Assembly (NCBI GenBank): GCA_044222475.1
Contig: JBGANF010000036.1
Coordinates: 1-64,000, forward strand
DNA length: 64,000 bases
From: Polyangiaceae bacterium
GTDB lineage: Bacteria; Myxococcota_A; Polyangia; Polyangiales; Polyangiaceae
Reading direction: 5' to 3'
The translations under genes were made by a program, and so were the position numbers. Each line of letters begins with the position of its first letter. The stretch's first letter is position 1. Of the stretch, positions 1-8,534 are shown piece by piece. Below the pieces are notes generated by a model that saw nothing but the letters and a program-made list of their open reading frames with translations, made no database searches and was not told where the DNA came from.

Positions 1-479
1 GGCACATCGCGATGTGGTGCCACGCGGTGCGCGCGGAGTCGCACGGGACGATCTCGCGGTCCCTTTTTGGGACGAGGCCGGTGCTGCGGTACGAGCTGGA
101 CCAGGCGGACATGCTGAAGTTCCGGCGCGGGATGCATCTGTTGGCCCAGCACCACGTGGCGGCGGGGGCGAAGTCGGTGATCCCGGGGATCGCGGATTTT
201 CCGTACGAGCTGGACAAGGACGAGATCGACTTGCTGGAGGAAGCGCCGCTGGATCCGAGGCGGTACGTGGCGATCCTGAGTCACCTCTTCGGTGGATGTG
301 TGATGGGGACGGATCCGGGGAACAGCGTGGTCGACGCGAGCGGGCGAGTGCACGGGTACGACGGGTTGGTGGTGGCGGATGCGTCGGTGATTCCGTCGAA
401 CCTGGGCGTGAACCCGCAGCACACGATCATGGGGCTCGCGACGGTGTTTGCGGAGGATCTGCTGGAAGCGCGGGCGTAG
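1..479 (+). CDS. GMC oxidoreductase family, C-terminal part (5' truncated by window)
   Basis: HLFGGCVMG..SVVD..GRVHG..GLVVADASVIPSNLGVNPQHTIMGLA is the typical GMC C-terminal motif. Confidence 0.85.
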   Translation, partial: HIAMWCHAVRAESHGTISRSLFGTRPVLRYELDQADMLKFRRGMHLLAQHHVAAGAKSVIPGIADFPYELDKDEIDLLEEAPLDPRRYVAILSHLFGGCVMGTDPGNSVVDASGRVHGYDGLVVADASVIPSNLGVNPQHTIMGLATVFAEDLLEARA

Positions 480-534
480 AGAGAGAAGTGATCGCAGGTT
501 GCGGGCACTCCTGCCGGTTTGGGAGGTCGTCGCT

Positions 535-565
535 GGGGAGTGGGAGGGGGAGCGGGAGCGGGACG
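535..565. repeat. Short intergenic GGGAGN hexamer run
   Basis: ggggagtgggagggggagcgggagcgggac; a related run of opposite orientation (cccgtc)n lies at ~20925-20952. Confidence 0.5.
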
Positions 566-617
566 TGAGGCGACGTAGCTTCACGCCATCGGAGTTGCGA
601 TATCGTGGGGGAAGCTC

Positions 618-953
618 ATGGAGACGACCCAGGAGATCGCTCGAAAGTTGGCCGACGACACGTACGGTTGGGACGACGCGATACAGCGGGCACTCGACGC
701 AATTTCCGCCGACCCGGATGCTTCCATAGACTGCTTCACTGAGCGTGTTCGCACCAAGATTCTTCGCGAGCTTCACGGATGGGCCGAAGCAACAATCGAC
801 GACAACACGGAGTTCGTGCATACGCATTCTCCGCTCTTGTCGGATGAGGCCCGGCGAGAAATCGCGGCCAAAGCGCAGATACAATATCGTGCGCGCGCAC
901 TCCGCCTCCGGGCGGGAGCCCTGGAATGGCTAAAACGCCACCCCGGCCGATGA
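618..953 (+). CDS. hypothetical protein
   Basis: 111-aa ORF with protein-like composition; codon usage less GC3-biased than the core genes. Confidence 0.55.
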   Translation: METTQEIARKLADDTYGWDDAIQRALDAISADPDASIDCFTERVRTKILRELHGWAEATIDDNTEFVHTHSPLLSDEARREIAAKAQIQYRARALRLRAGALEWLKRHPGR

Positions 954-1014
954 CGAGCGCCCTCAGCGACCTTCACCGCATCGCCGTGAGACTCGCACCG
1001 GCACAGCCTGCGCC

Positions 1015-1307
1015 ATGAGCGAGTCGGTCGCCGAGATGACGCGCCTTTGGGCCCAGTGGGAGGCGTGGGCCGCGTCCGCCGACCGTACCGAGTGGGGATG
1101 GGAAGCGGATTCCCACAGTGGGAGGCCCTGATGGGCGCGGCGATGCTGAGCATGGTGAGCGAACTCTCCCCTGCGGCATTGAAGACCATGGAGAAATGTT
1201 GGGCGGCATCTCACCAAGACGAGGACATGCTCGAGTACGCGCGCGAGCACGTTGAGGATTGCTGGCCAAACCTGGCAAAGACCGCAGACTGCTCGACCGG
1301 CGCTTGA
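1015..1307 (+). pseudogene. probable frameshifted small gene (hypothetical)
   Basis: The frame from ATG 1015 (MSESVAEMTRLWAQWEAWAASADRTEWGWEAD) joins the 1047 frame (FPQWEALMGAAML...) if one extra T is inserted at ~1110. Confidence 0.45.
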
Positions 1308-1310
1308 GCG

Positions 1311-2147
1311 TCAGAAGGTCAGCGTGCCACCGCGAGCCACGAAGCTCTGGAGCGTATTTCCGGGAGTGATCGTCACGTCGCTGTGTGCGGTCGCCAAGAA
1401 ATAGGCTCCGAGCACGGTACCGACGACGCCGACCCCGAGCATGATTCCGCCCATGATGAAGAAGGTCGGTCGCGGGTCGGGCGAGGTGTAGCCAGTTACC
1501 GACGATGCCGTTGGCGCGCCCATGGACGCTGCGAGGACGAACATGGTCGCACCGCCGATGATGAAGGGGATGCCAGTGAAGAGTCCAATCATCCCGCCAA
1601 CGCGGCGGCCCCGCCCGGACATGTTCGCGTGAATCGTAATCTCTCCGGACGACGGCACGTCGAAGTCCTTCGAGTCGATGAGGCTACGACCCGACATGCG
1701 GTAGCGGCCGGCGGGAACGACCTTGCCGCAGGGCGGGGAGCAGATCACGTCGACCAGCTCGAGCGACATCGATCCGTACCCGCCCCCGCCAGCCCAACTT
1801 CCTTCGCCTCGGCCTGCTAGCCGCGAGAGGCTCGCGTCCTCGTCGTTGCTCTCGATGTGGACGACTGCGCCGGAAGGAGCGGGCGGCGATGCCGGGGCTT
1901 GAGTCGATGCAGGGGGCGGAGCGGCGGAGAGCGGTTTCACGGACTCGACGTCGTTCCAGGGATACGTTCGCGACTCCCCCGTCGAGAGCTGAATCGTCAC
2001 GTGGTCCCCGGTGACCCGCTCGACGAGGACGCCGCGCGCGACGTCACCGTTCTTCAGCGTCACGATCGTGTCGGGCTCGGCAGCGAAGGCGAGCGATGAC
2101 GCGAACAGGGCAAGGGCTCCGAATGCAACGATGAGAGAGCGACGCAT
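1311..2147 (-). CDS. secreted/membrane hypothetical protein (myxobacterial type: signal peptide, Pro linker, two C-terminal TM helices)
   Basis: Signal peptide, DTIVTLKNGDVARG N-domain, CSPPC motif, hydrophobic C-terminus. Confidence 0.75.
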   Translation of the reverse strand: MRRSLIVAFGALALFASSLAFAAEPDTIVTLKNGDVARGVLVERVTGDHVTIQLSTGESRTYPWNDVESVKPLSAAPPPASTQAPASPPAPSGAVVHIESNDEDASLSRLAGRGEGSWAGGGGYGSMSLELVDVICSPPCGKVVPAGRYRMSGRSLIDSKDFDVPSSGEITIHANMSGRGRRVGGMIGLFTGIPFIIGGATMFVLAASMGAPTASSVTGYTSPDPRPTFFIMGGIMLGVGVVGTVLGAYFLATAHSDVTITPGNTLQSFVARGGTLTF

Positions 2148-2322
2148 GGTGGGTCAGCGTAGCGGAGCGGCCGTGTCCACGAATAGTCATAAGTTCGAGA
2201 GCCCGAACGCAGCGTTGCTGCGACAATTCGCCCACGCTGCGGAGGCGGCTCGTGCCGCAGAGTCGTCACGCCGCATCCACGACGACGACGAGTCGCCGCC
2301 GTGATAGCCAAGGGATCAGGAC

Positions 2323-3225
2323 ATGCTCCAGCGCAGTTGGGCACGCGCCCTCTTGGGAGGCATTCCGGTCTTTCTCTTCGCGCTCGCCGCGTGCGCTGCG
2401 CGCGACTGGCACGCGCCCAACGGGCCGACGATCGCCGCCCTGTACCTTCTTGGGATGGCCATCGGCGTGGGTCTCTGCGTCGCACGCATGCGTTCTCCGC
2501 TCGACGACGCCCGCGAGCTACAATCACGTACGACCAACGCGTTGCCGATCGTGCTCGCTGCGTTGTCGGGCGCTGCCACTGCCGCTCTCGGCGCGTTTCT
2601 CGTCGCGACGATGATCAACGATTGGCACTCGCGCATCCTCGCCTCGTTCCTCGGCGCTCTCTGGATGGCGACGTATCCGCTGCACCCCGTGCTCTTCCAA
2701 CTTCTCTACGAGAGCGACGTGACGGTCGGTACCGACGGCGTGCGCATTGGACGAAAGCTCGTCCCGTTCTCGATGATTCGCCGCGCGGTCAGCGAAGAGC
2801 GCGAGATCACGGTGGAGCTGATGGACGGCTCGAAGCACGTCTTCACCCTTCCGAACAACGTCGTCGCGCTCACGCTCGCGCACAAGATGGCGCAGCGACG
2901 CGCGGCCTTTCCGAAGCCCGCCATGCTCGCGCGAGGCAAGCGGGCGTTCACCGACTGGAAGCGCGAGCTTCTCGCCGACGACTACCGTTCGAGCAAAGTC
3001 AGCCGCGACGAAGCCGCCACGATCGCCTCGGGCGGCAACGTGACGAAGGGCGAGCGGATCGGTGCCGCGATGGTGCTCGCCGCCGCCGGTGACCGCGACC
3101 GCGTGCGCGTCATCGCCGAAGACTGCCTCGATCCGTCGTTGAAGCGGGCGCTCCTTCGCGTCGCCGACGACACCCTCGACGAGGACACGATGGCCGAGAT
3201 CGAGCGCACCGAAACGGCGACGTAG
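2323..3225 (+). CDS. membrane hypothetical protein
   Basis: About four N-terminal TM segments followed by a soluble domain. Confidence 0.7.
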   Translation: MLQRSWARALLGGIPVFLFALAACAARDWHAPNGPTIAALYLLGMAIGVGLCVARMRSPLDDARELQSRTTNALPIVLAALSGAATAALGAFLVATMINDWHSRILASFLGALWMATYPLHPVLFQLLYESDVTVGTDGVRIGRKLVPFSMIRRAVSEEREITVELMDGSKHVFTLPNNVVALTLAHKMAQRRAAFPKPAMLARGKRAFTDWKRELLADDYRSSKVSRDEAATIASGGNVTKGERIGAAMVLAAAGDRDRVRVIAEDCLDPSLKRALLRVADDTLDEDTMAEIERTETAT

Positions 3226-3858
3226 CTACTTCGCGCGCTTCGGCGTCTTCTTAGCCTTCGGCTTCGGTGCGCGCGGCGGGTGAAGCGTCTCTCCACGCGC
3301 GAGCATCTCCACGAAGGTGGCGATTCGCTTGGCTCGCGTCTCCGGCTTCTTTGCAGTCTGCACGCGATGGAGGATCGCGTACCGATTGATCGAGTCGAGC
3401 GTCGCGAACATCTTCTTCGCGCGCGCGTTCTTCGCGAGCGCCTTCACCAGCTCGTCGGGCACGGTCGCGGTGGACGGCGAGTCGTACGCTGCGTCCCATC
3501 GACCATCGGCCTTCGCTGCCTCGACCGCGGCGCGCCCCGCCGGCTTCATGCGTCCAGCGGCTTCGAGCGCGGCGATGCGTTCCCGGTTGATCTTGGACCA
3601 GATGCTCCGCGGTCCGCGCGGCGTGTACTTCTGCATCCAGCGCTCGTCGTCGACGCTGCCGGCCTGGCCGTCGATCCAACCCCAGGTCAACGCGACCTCG
3701 AGCGCGCCCTTGTAGTCGACGCTCGTGATACCCGAGGACTTCTTGGCGAAGACGACCCAGACGCCGGTCGCTCTCGCGTGCTCTTTGCCGAGCCAGCGAT
3801 CGAACGCCTTGGCGTCGGCGAACTCCATCTTCGGGTAGTCGGGCTTCTTCGCGGCCAT
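3226..3858 (-). CDS. YdeI/OmpD-associated family protein
   Basis: ALTWGWIDG, YTPRGPRSIWSKIN, VPDEL..AL, KKPETRAKRI motifs; start probably MAAKK. Confidence 0.9.
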   Translation of the reverse strand: MAAKKPDYPKMEFADAKAFDRWLGKEHARATGVWVVFAKKSSGITSVDYKGALEVALTWGWIDGQAGSVDDERWMQKYTPRGPRSIWSKINRERIAALEAAGRMKPAGRAAVEAAKADGRWDAAYDSPSTATVPDELVKALAKNARAKKMFATLDSINRYAILHRVQTAKKPETRAKRIATFVEMLARGETLHPPRAPKPKAKKTPKRAK

Positions 3859-4075
3859 GGCTGGCTCATGCCACAAGTGACGTTCGCGGGATTGAAGAAA
3901 TGCGTCTCACCTGTGAAACGGGCCTGGATGACGCCGATCTCCTGGACCCAGTCAGCGCGGCGGAGGGAGCCTCTCCGAACTGAGTCGACCCATCGAAGCT
4001 GTAGTGGCTGACCAAGGACGATCGGGATCACTCCCGACTGCGCGCCGCCCTCGATGCATTGCTACGCAACCTCCG

Positions 4076-4423
4076 ATGGGTCATCCTTGCGCCGTGAAGG
4101 TTGGCGCTGTTTTGCTGCTCAGCGCTGCAGCGTGCGGCGGAAGCGTCGTCGTATCGGTGGTCGGATGTGGCGGCGAAACCACGCCTTCACCGCCCGCGGA
4201 TGGCTCGGCGAGCGACGCCGGGCCGAACGCGGATGTGGAGTTTCCGGATTGTGTTCTCGAGCAATGCCACGGAAAGCGCATGTATTGCCCCCCCGGAGAG
4301 GTTTGCCCGCTGGGCGACGGCTGCAATACCTGCCGGTGTACGAAGAACTACTTGGGTGGCTACGACATGAACTGCACCGCTCGCCCATGCGCGTGCGTGC
4401 CACGGGACGGTGGTGGCCAATGA
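4076..4423 (+). CDS. Cys-rich lipoprotein
   Basis: Lipobox-like VVGC, DAG linker, Cys-rich C-terminus (DGCNTCRC); start uncertain. Confidence 0.6.
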   Translation: MGHPCAVKVGAVLLLSAAACGGSVVVSVVGCGGETTPSPPADGSASDAGPNADVEFPDCVLEQCHGKRMYCPPGEVCPLGDGCNTCRCTKNYLGGYDMNCTARPCACVPRDGGGQ

Positions 4424-4448
4424 CGCACTCCATCCTTCTCGAGTGCGC

Positions 4449-7400
4449 CTAGGCCCCGAGCGCGTCACCACCCACGCGGGAAATGCGGTCCGCCCACGCG
4501 CGCGCGGTCGGGGCGACGGCGTCGACCGCAAACCCAGCGAGCGCGCAGAGGATCATCAGCGCGGCCACCGCGAACGCTGAGCCTTTTCGTGACCCGTGGG
4601 CCACACCCGACGCGTGACCCGCCAGCGCCAGCGCGAGCACGACCGCAGCGGCGGGCGAACGCGCCGCGATCGCGATCACGGCGAGGACCGCCGCGTATCC
4701 CGCGCCGGTCACGACCAGCGCGTTCGTCGCGCGACGCCCGGATGACGGACCCACGAGCGCGACCGCACCGGCCACCGCGGCGAACGGGCCGTACAGCGTC
4801 GCCGCTGCGAAGCCCTGCGGCGTCAACGTAGCGACCGCCGCGAACGAGACCGCCGCTGCCCCGAACGTGGCTCGCGCCAGCGTACCTTCGCGCGCGCCGA
4901 TCGACGCGATCGCCCCGAGCGCGACCGCGAGCACCGAGAGCGAGAGCACCACCGGCGCCGCCCACCGCGTCGCTTCGGGCAAGATCGGGATCGCCCAGCG
5001 CAGCAGCACGTGCGGTCCCAGGCGAAGGAAGAACGCGATGACTGCGAGCGCAACTACGGGGCGCTCTTCGTCCACCAGCCGGACCGGCGCGATGCCGCCG
5101 AGCGCCGCAGCGGCGACGAAGAGCAGCGACCACGCCACCGTCACTGGCGCGCCCTTCGCGAGGAACGCCGTCCGCGCGAGCTCCGTCGCCGACCACGGCG
5201 CCGCGGGAGAGCCATCGACGAGCCACCCCGCGTCGGCGGCGGAGTGCAACACCCCGACCGCGATCGCAAAGGCCACGACGCCGATCGTCGAGACGACGAC
5301 GAACCGGCGGATCACCACGCGCGGCGCGCCAACCGCGACGGCGAGAATCGCGAGCAACGCCACCGACGCCGCGACGGCGAAGATCACGACGGCCGCATCG
5401 ATCGAGAGCAACGCGAGCAGAACCACCGCGCCGAGACCGAGCACCGCCGCGTGCGCGAGCGGACCGCGATCGCGCGGTACGAGCAGCACCGCGACCGGGA
5501 GGAGCAGCGCCACTTGCGCGACCGCAGCGATGCTCGTCCCGTCGACGCCGAGGAACAGCTCGACGCCGGCGCCCTGCGAGAGCACCGCACGCTCGACGAG
5601 CTGGAGCGCCGCCGAGCTCGGATCGAACGCACGCGCGACACCCCAGCCGAGCGCCGCGGTGACGCACGCGGCGGCGAGCGCCACCGAACGCTCCCGACCG
5701 CGCCGCAGAAGCAGGAGCACCGCCGCGAGCGCAGGCACACCGACGAGCAGCGCGAGGAGATGCGAGAACAACGCCCTCCCCCACCCTTCCCCTCGATCGG
5801 CGCGGAACGCGACCGCGCGCACGTGGACGGCGGGGTCGTTCGACGTGAGGAGCACGTGCCCGCGAACGGCCCGCGTGCGCTCGTCCTTCGCGGGCGCCCA
5901 GTACACGTCGATCGTCGCGGTGCCGCCCGGCGCGATCACGACCTCGGCGAGGCCGCTCGAGAGCTCCGCGTGCACGCGCGCGAGCGCCGGGTCGACGTCG
6001 GCGTCGCGCACCGAGATTCGCAAAAGGTGGAGCGGGGCGTCGCCGTCGTTTCGCACGTCGAGCGTCCCGACCCATGATCCCGATTTCGACGCGAGCACCA
6101 CCGGTCCGTCGTTCGAGACGTGGAGCGACGGCGCAGCGAGCGCGTCGCCGGCGGCGAGCAGCGCGATCAGAAACGCGACCCACGGCGCCAAACGGCGGAT
6201 CCCCCCGGCGCCGAGGCGGACGAGCGAGGACGCCGGCCGGAGCACGGTCGCGACCATGCGCAGCCGCATCGGCCGTGCGGCGCGCCACCGCGGCGGGCGC
6301 GCGAACGCGGGGAGCGAGGCGCCCGCGGCGAGGGCGAGGGCCCACGCCGGCGGCCACCCACCGACGATCGCGAGCGCACCGACCGCCGCGACGACGAAGC
6401 TCGCTGCGTACCATTTTGGTATATGGATCGCCGCCCGAACGTCGGAAGCGAACGACAGCGCCGTGACGCCGAACGCAACGACGGCCCCGACTCGGCCGAA
6501 CGTTCCGCCGCTCGCACCGATGGCCGCGACCAGCGCGGCGCGGGGCAGCACCGAGGCCAACGCCGCCGCGCGCGAGTCGGTGAGCCACGCCGACATCGCG
6601 AGCGCGAGCGCCGCAGGCACCGGCGCACCCGCGAGCACCGCAGCCACGCCCACGAGCGCGTCCGCGCGCCCGCCGAGCAGGCCGGGTACGACCCCGCATA
6701 CGAGCGCGGCGACCGCCACCTCCGGGCAGGGACCGATTACGGCAACGAACGGGCTCGCGACACCCACCGCGACGATCGCGAGCAGCGGGTCGCGCCCCGC
6801 CATCGCGCCCGCCAAGAGCAGCAAGAGGGCGACGACGACGGCCGCTCGTACGCCGAAGACCTTTCGCGCCCGAAGGCTCTCCGCGAACGGCGCCGAGTCT
6901 CCGATCTTCGCCTGAAGCGCATCGCGCGCGTCGGCGCTCGACGTGGTCGACCCCGCGGTGACGAGCGTCACGCGCTGGCCCGGGTCCACGCGGAGCTGGT
7001 TCACCACGTAGTCGTCGTAGGCCTGACCGGGGTGAAGCCGAAACGTGTGGTACCCGACTGGGATCGGCTGCCCTTCGAACGGCGGAAGCACGGGGTGCGG
7101 CCCGCCGAACGGCGTGCGGGCGCCGTCGACGTAGAGCGAGGACCCAGGGAGCGCGCGCACCGCAAACAGACCGCGATCGTCCGCGCCGTACTGCGGCATC
7201 GCGACCTCGTCGTCGTCGTCGTCGTCTTCGAACGCGGAGCGAACGACCGGCGCCGCTTCGCCGGACACGATCGCGATCACCCGCGGCCCCATGTCCGGCG
7301 CATAGCCTTCACCGGTGTACGCGCCGCCGAGCACCCAGAAGAGCAGCGCCGCGGCCGCGCCCGCGCTCGCCGATGCGATCCGCCCGAGGCGCGAACGAAC

Positions 7401-7811
7401 GACGATCGCGACGAGACACGCCCACCCGATCGCCGCGAGCATCCGATCGTCGACGAGGAGGATCGTCCATCCGAGCGCGAGGAGCCCCACGCGACGCGCC
7501 GTCGCGCCGAAGAACGCGACCGTCACCGCCGAGGCGACGAGGAGCAACGCCGTCGGCCGCTCGAGGACGAGATCGAGTCGAGCCTCCGCGAACCCGATCC
7601 GCAGGATGGTCGCGACGTGCTGGTGGAGGTACCCGGTCGGCGGTGCGAGCGCGAGCGCCGCCGCCGCGGGTACCACCGCGGACCAGCCGAGCACCCGCGC
7701 GGCGCGGTGGTTCGGCCACCGCGCGAGCGCGGCACCGACGAGGCACGCGAACATCGGGAGCGCGACGAGCCACGGCACCTCCATCCGCGGAACCGGCTCG
7801 CCGGTGAACAT
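4449..7811 (-). CDS. degenerate NuoL-NuoM-like (antiporter-like) fusion with inserted PEGA-like and Ig-like domains
   Basis: NuoL-like N-terminus (LRIG..ARLDLVLER; LVDDRMLAAIGWA; LLFWVLG); NuoM-like C-terminus (FDPSSAALQLVER..LFLGVDGTS; LRLGPHVLLRWAIPILPEATRWAAP); soluble inserts between them. Confidence 0.7.
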   Translation of the reverse strand: MFTGEPVPRMEVPWLVALPMFACLVGAALARWPNHRAARVLGWSAVVPAAAALALAPPTGYLHQHVATILRIGFAEARLDLVLERPTALLLVASAVTVAFFGATARRVGLLALGWTILLVDDRMLAAIGWACLVAIVVRSRLGRIASASAGAAAALLFWVLGGAYTGEGYAPDMGPRVIAIVSGEAAPVVRSAFEDDDDDDEVAMPQYGADDRGLFAVRALPGSSLYVDGARTPFGGPHPVLPPFEGQPIPVGYHTFRLHPGQAYDDYVVNQLRVDPGQRVTLVTAGSTTSSADARDALQAKIGDSAPFAESLRARKVFGVRAAVVVALLLLLAGAMAGRDPLLAIVAVGVASPFVAVIGPCPEVAVAALVCGVVPGLLGGRADALVGVAAVLAGAPVPAALALAMSAWLTDSRAAALASVLPRAALVAAIGASGGTFGRVGAVVAFGVTALSFASDVRAAIHIPKWYAASFVVAAVGALAIVGGWPPAWALALAAGASLPAFARPPRWRAARPMRLRMVATVLRPASSLVRLGAGGIRRLAPWVAFLIALLAAGDALAAPSLHVSNDGPVVLASKSGSWVGTLDVRNDGDAPLHLLRISVRDADVDPALARVHAELSSGLAEVVIAPGGTATIDVYWAPAKDERTRAVRGHVLLTSNDPAVHVRAVAFRADRGEGWGRALFSHLLALLVGVPALAAVLLLLRRGRERSVALAAACVTAALGWGVARAFDPSSAALQLVERAVLSQGAGVELFLGVDGTSIAAVAQVALLLPVAVLLVPRDRGPLAHAAVLGLGAVVLLALLSIDAAVVIFAVAASVALLAILAVAVGAPRVVIRRFVVVSTIGVVAFAIAVGVLHSAADAGWLVDGSPAAPWSATELARTAFLAKGAPVTVAWSLLFVAAAALGGIAPVRLVDEERPVVALAVIAFFLRLGPHVLLRWAIPILPEATRWAAPVVLSLSVLAVALGAIASIGAREGTLARATFGAAAVSFAAVATLTPQGFAAATLYGPFAAVAGAVALVGPSSGRRATNALVVTGAGYAAVLAVIAIAARSPAAAVVLALALAGHASGVAHGSRKGSAFAVAALMILCALAGFAVDAVAPTARAWADRISRVGGDALGA

Positions 7812-7817
7812 CCTCGG

Positions 7818-8522
7818 TCAGCCGTCCTTCATCGCCAGCGTGATCGCGCGCGCGAACGCCGCGTGGTGCTCACCCGAGTGAAACGCATCGGTGAGCCGCC
7901 GCGGGCCGTCCTTCGTCTTGAAGCACACGCGATGGCCGCTGCCCTTGGCGTGCTCGACGTCGACGGTGGTGGTGGCGAGATCGAACCGCTGCGTCCCGCG
8001 GAGAAGACCGGCGTTCACCACGAGCGCGCGTTCCTTCGGATCGACTGTGACGTGGAAGCGACGCGTGCGGGTGAAGAACGCCCACGCGAGGATGGCGAGG
8101 AGCCCGAGAACGGTCACCGCGACGGGATGGGGCAAGCCGGCGCGAAGGTCGACCGACTCCGGGAGACGCTCGTCGGCGAAGCGACGGAGCTCGTCGGCCT
8201 CGGCGCTCGACCCGACCTCGACTTCGCTCGTGGCGAAGAGCGAGAGCTCGTCGGCGTGGGTCGCGTCCGTCACGAAGCCCACGCGGTTCCCCTTCTGGAA
8301 CGCGAGCCCGCGTATGCCCTCGATGTGGCGCTCGATCCGGCGGCCGATCGCGTCCTCGCGAACGTAGGTGCAGGATGCACGCGTCCCGCTCCACGCGCAG
8401 GCGACCTCCCAGTGCCAGGCGCGGTCGTAGACGACGTACAGAACGCCGGCGATGACGGCGAGATCGAGGAGGGTGTGAAACCAACGCCGCGAGCGGGGTA
8501 CGTAGTTGAAGCCCTTCGCCAC
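7818..8522 (-). CDS. membrane hypothetical protein (2 TM)
   Basis: Two hydrophobic segments; tightly spaced within a minus-strand run. Confidence 0.7.
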   Translation of the reverse strand: MAKGFNYVPRSRRWFHTLLDLAVIAGVLYVVYDRAWHWEVACAWSGTRASCTYVREDAIGRRIERHIEGIRGLAFQKGNRVGFVTDATHADELSLFATSEVEVGSSAEADELRRFADERLPESVDLRAGLPHPVAVTVLGLLAILAWAFFTRTRRFHVTVDPKERALVVNAGLLRGTQRFDLATTTVDVEHAKGSGHRVCFKTKDGPRRLTDAFHSGEHHAAFARAITLAMKDG

Positions 8523-8534
8523 GCGCAGGGTGTA

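Noticed and set aside
4449..7811. Annotating as functional nuoL/nuoM or as a pseudogene
   Set aside because: Key charged residues look absent, yet the 3.3-kb frame is intact and operonic, so neither label is supported.
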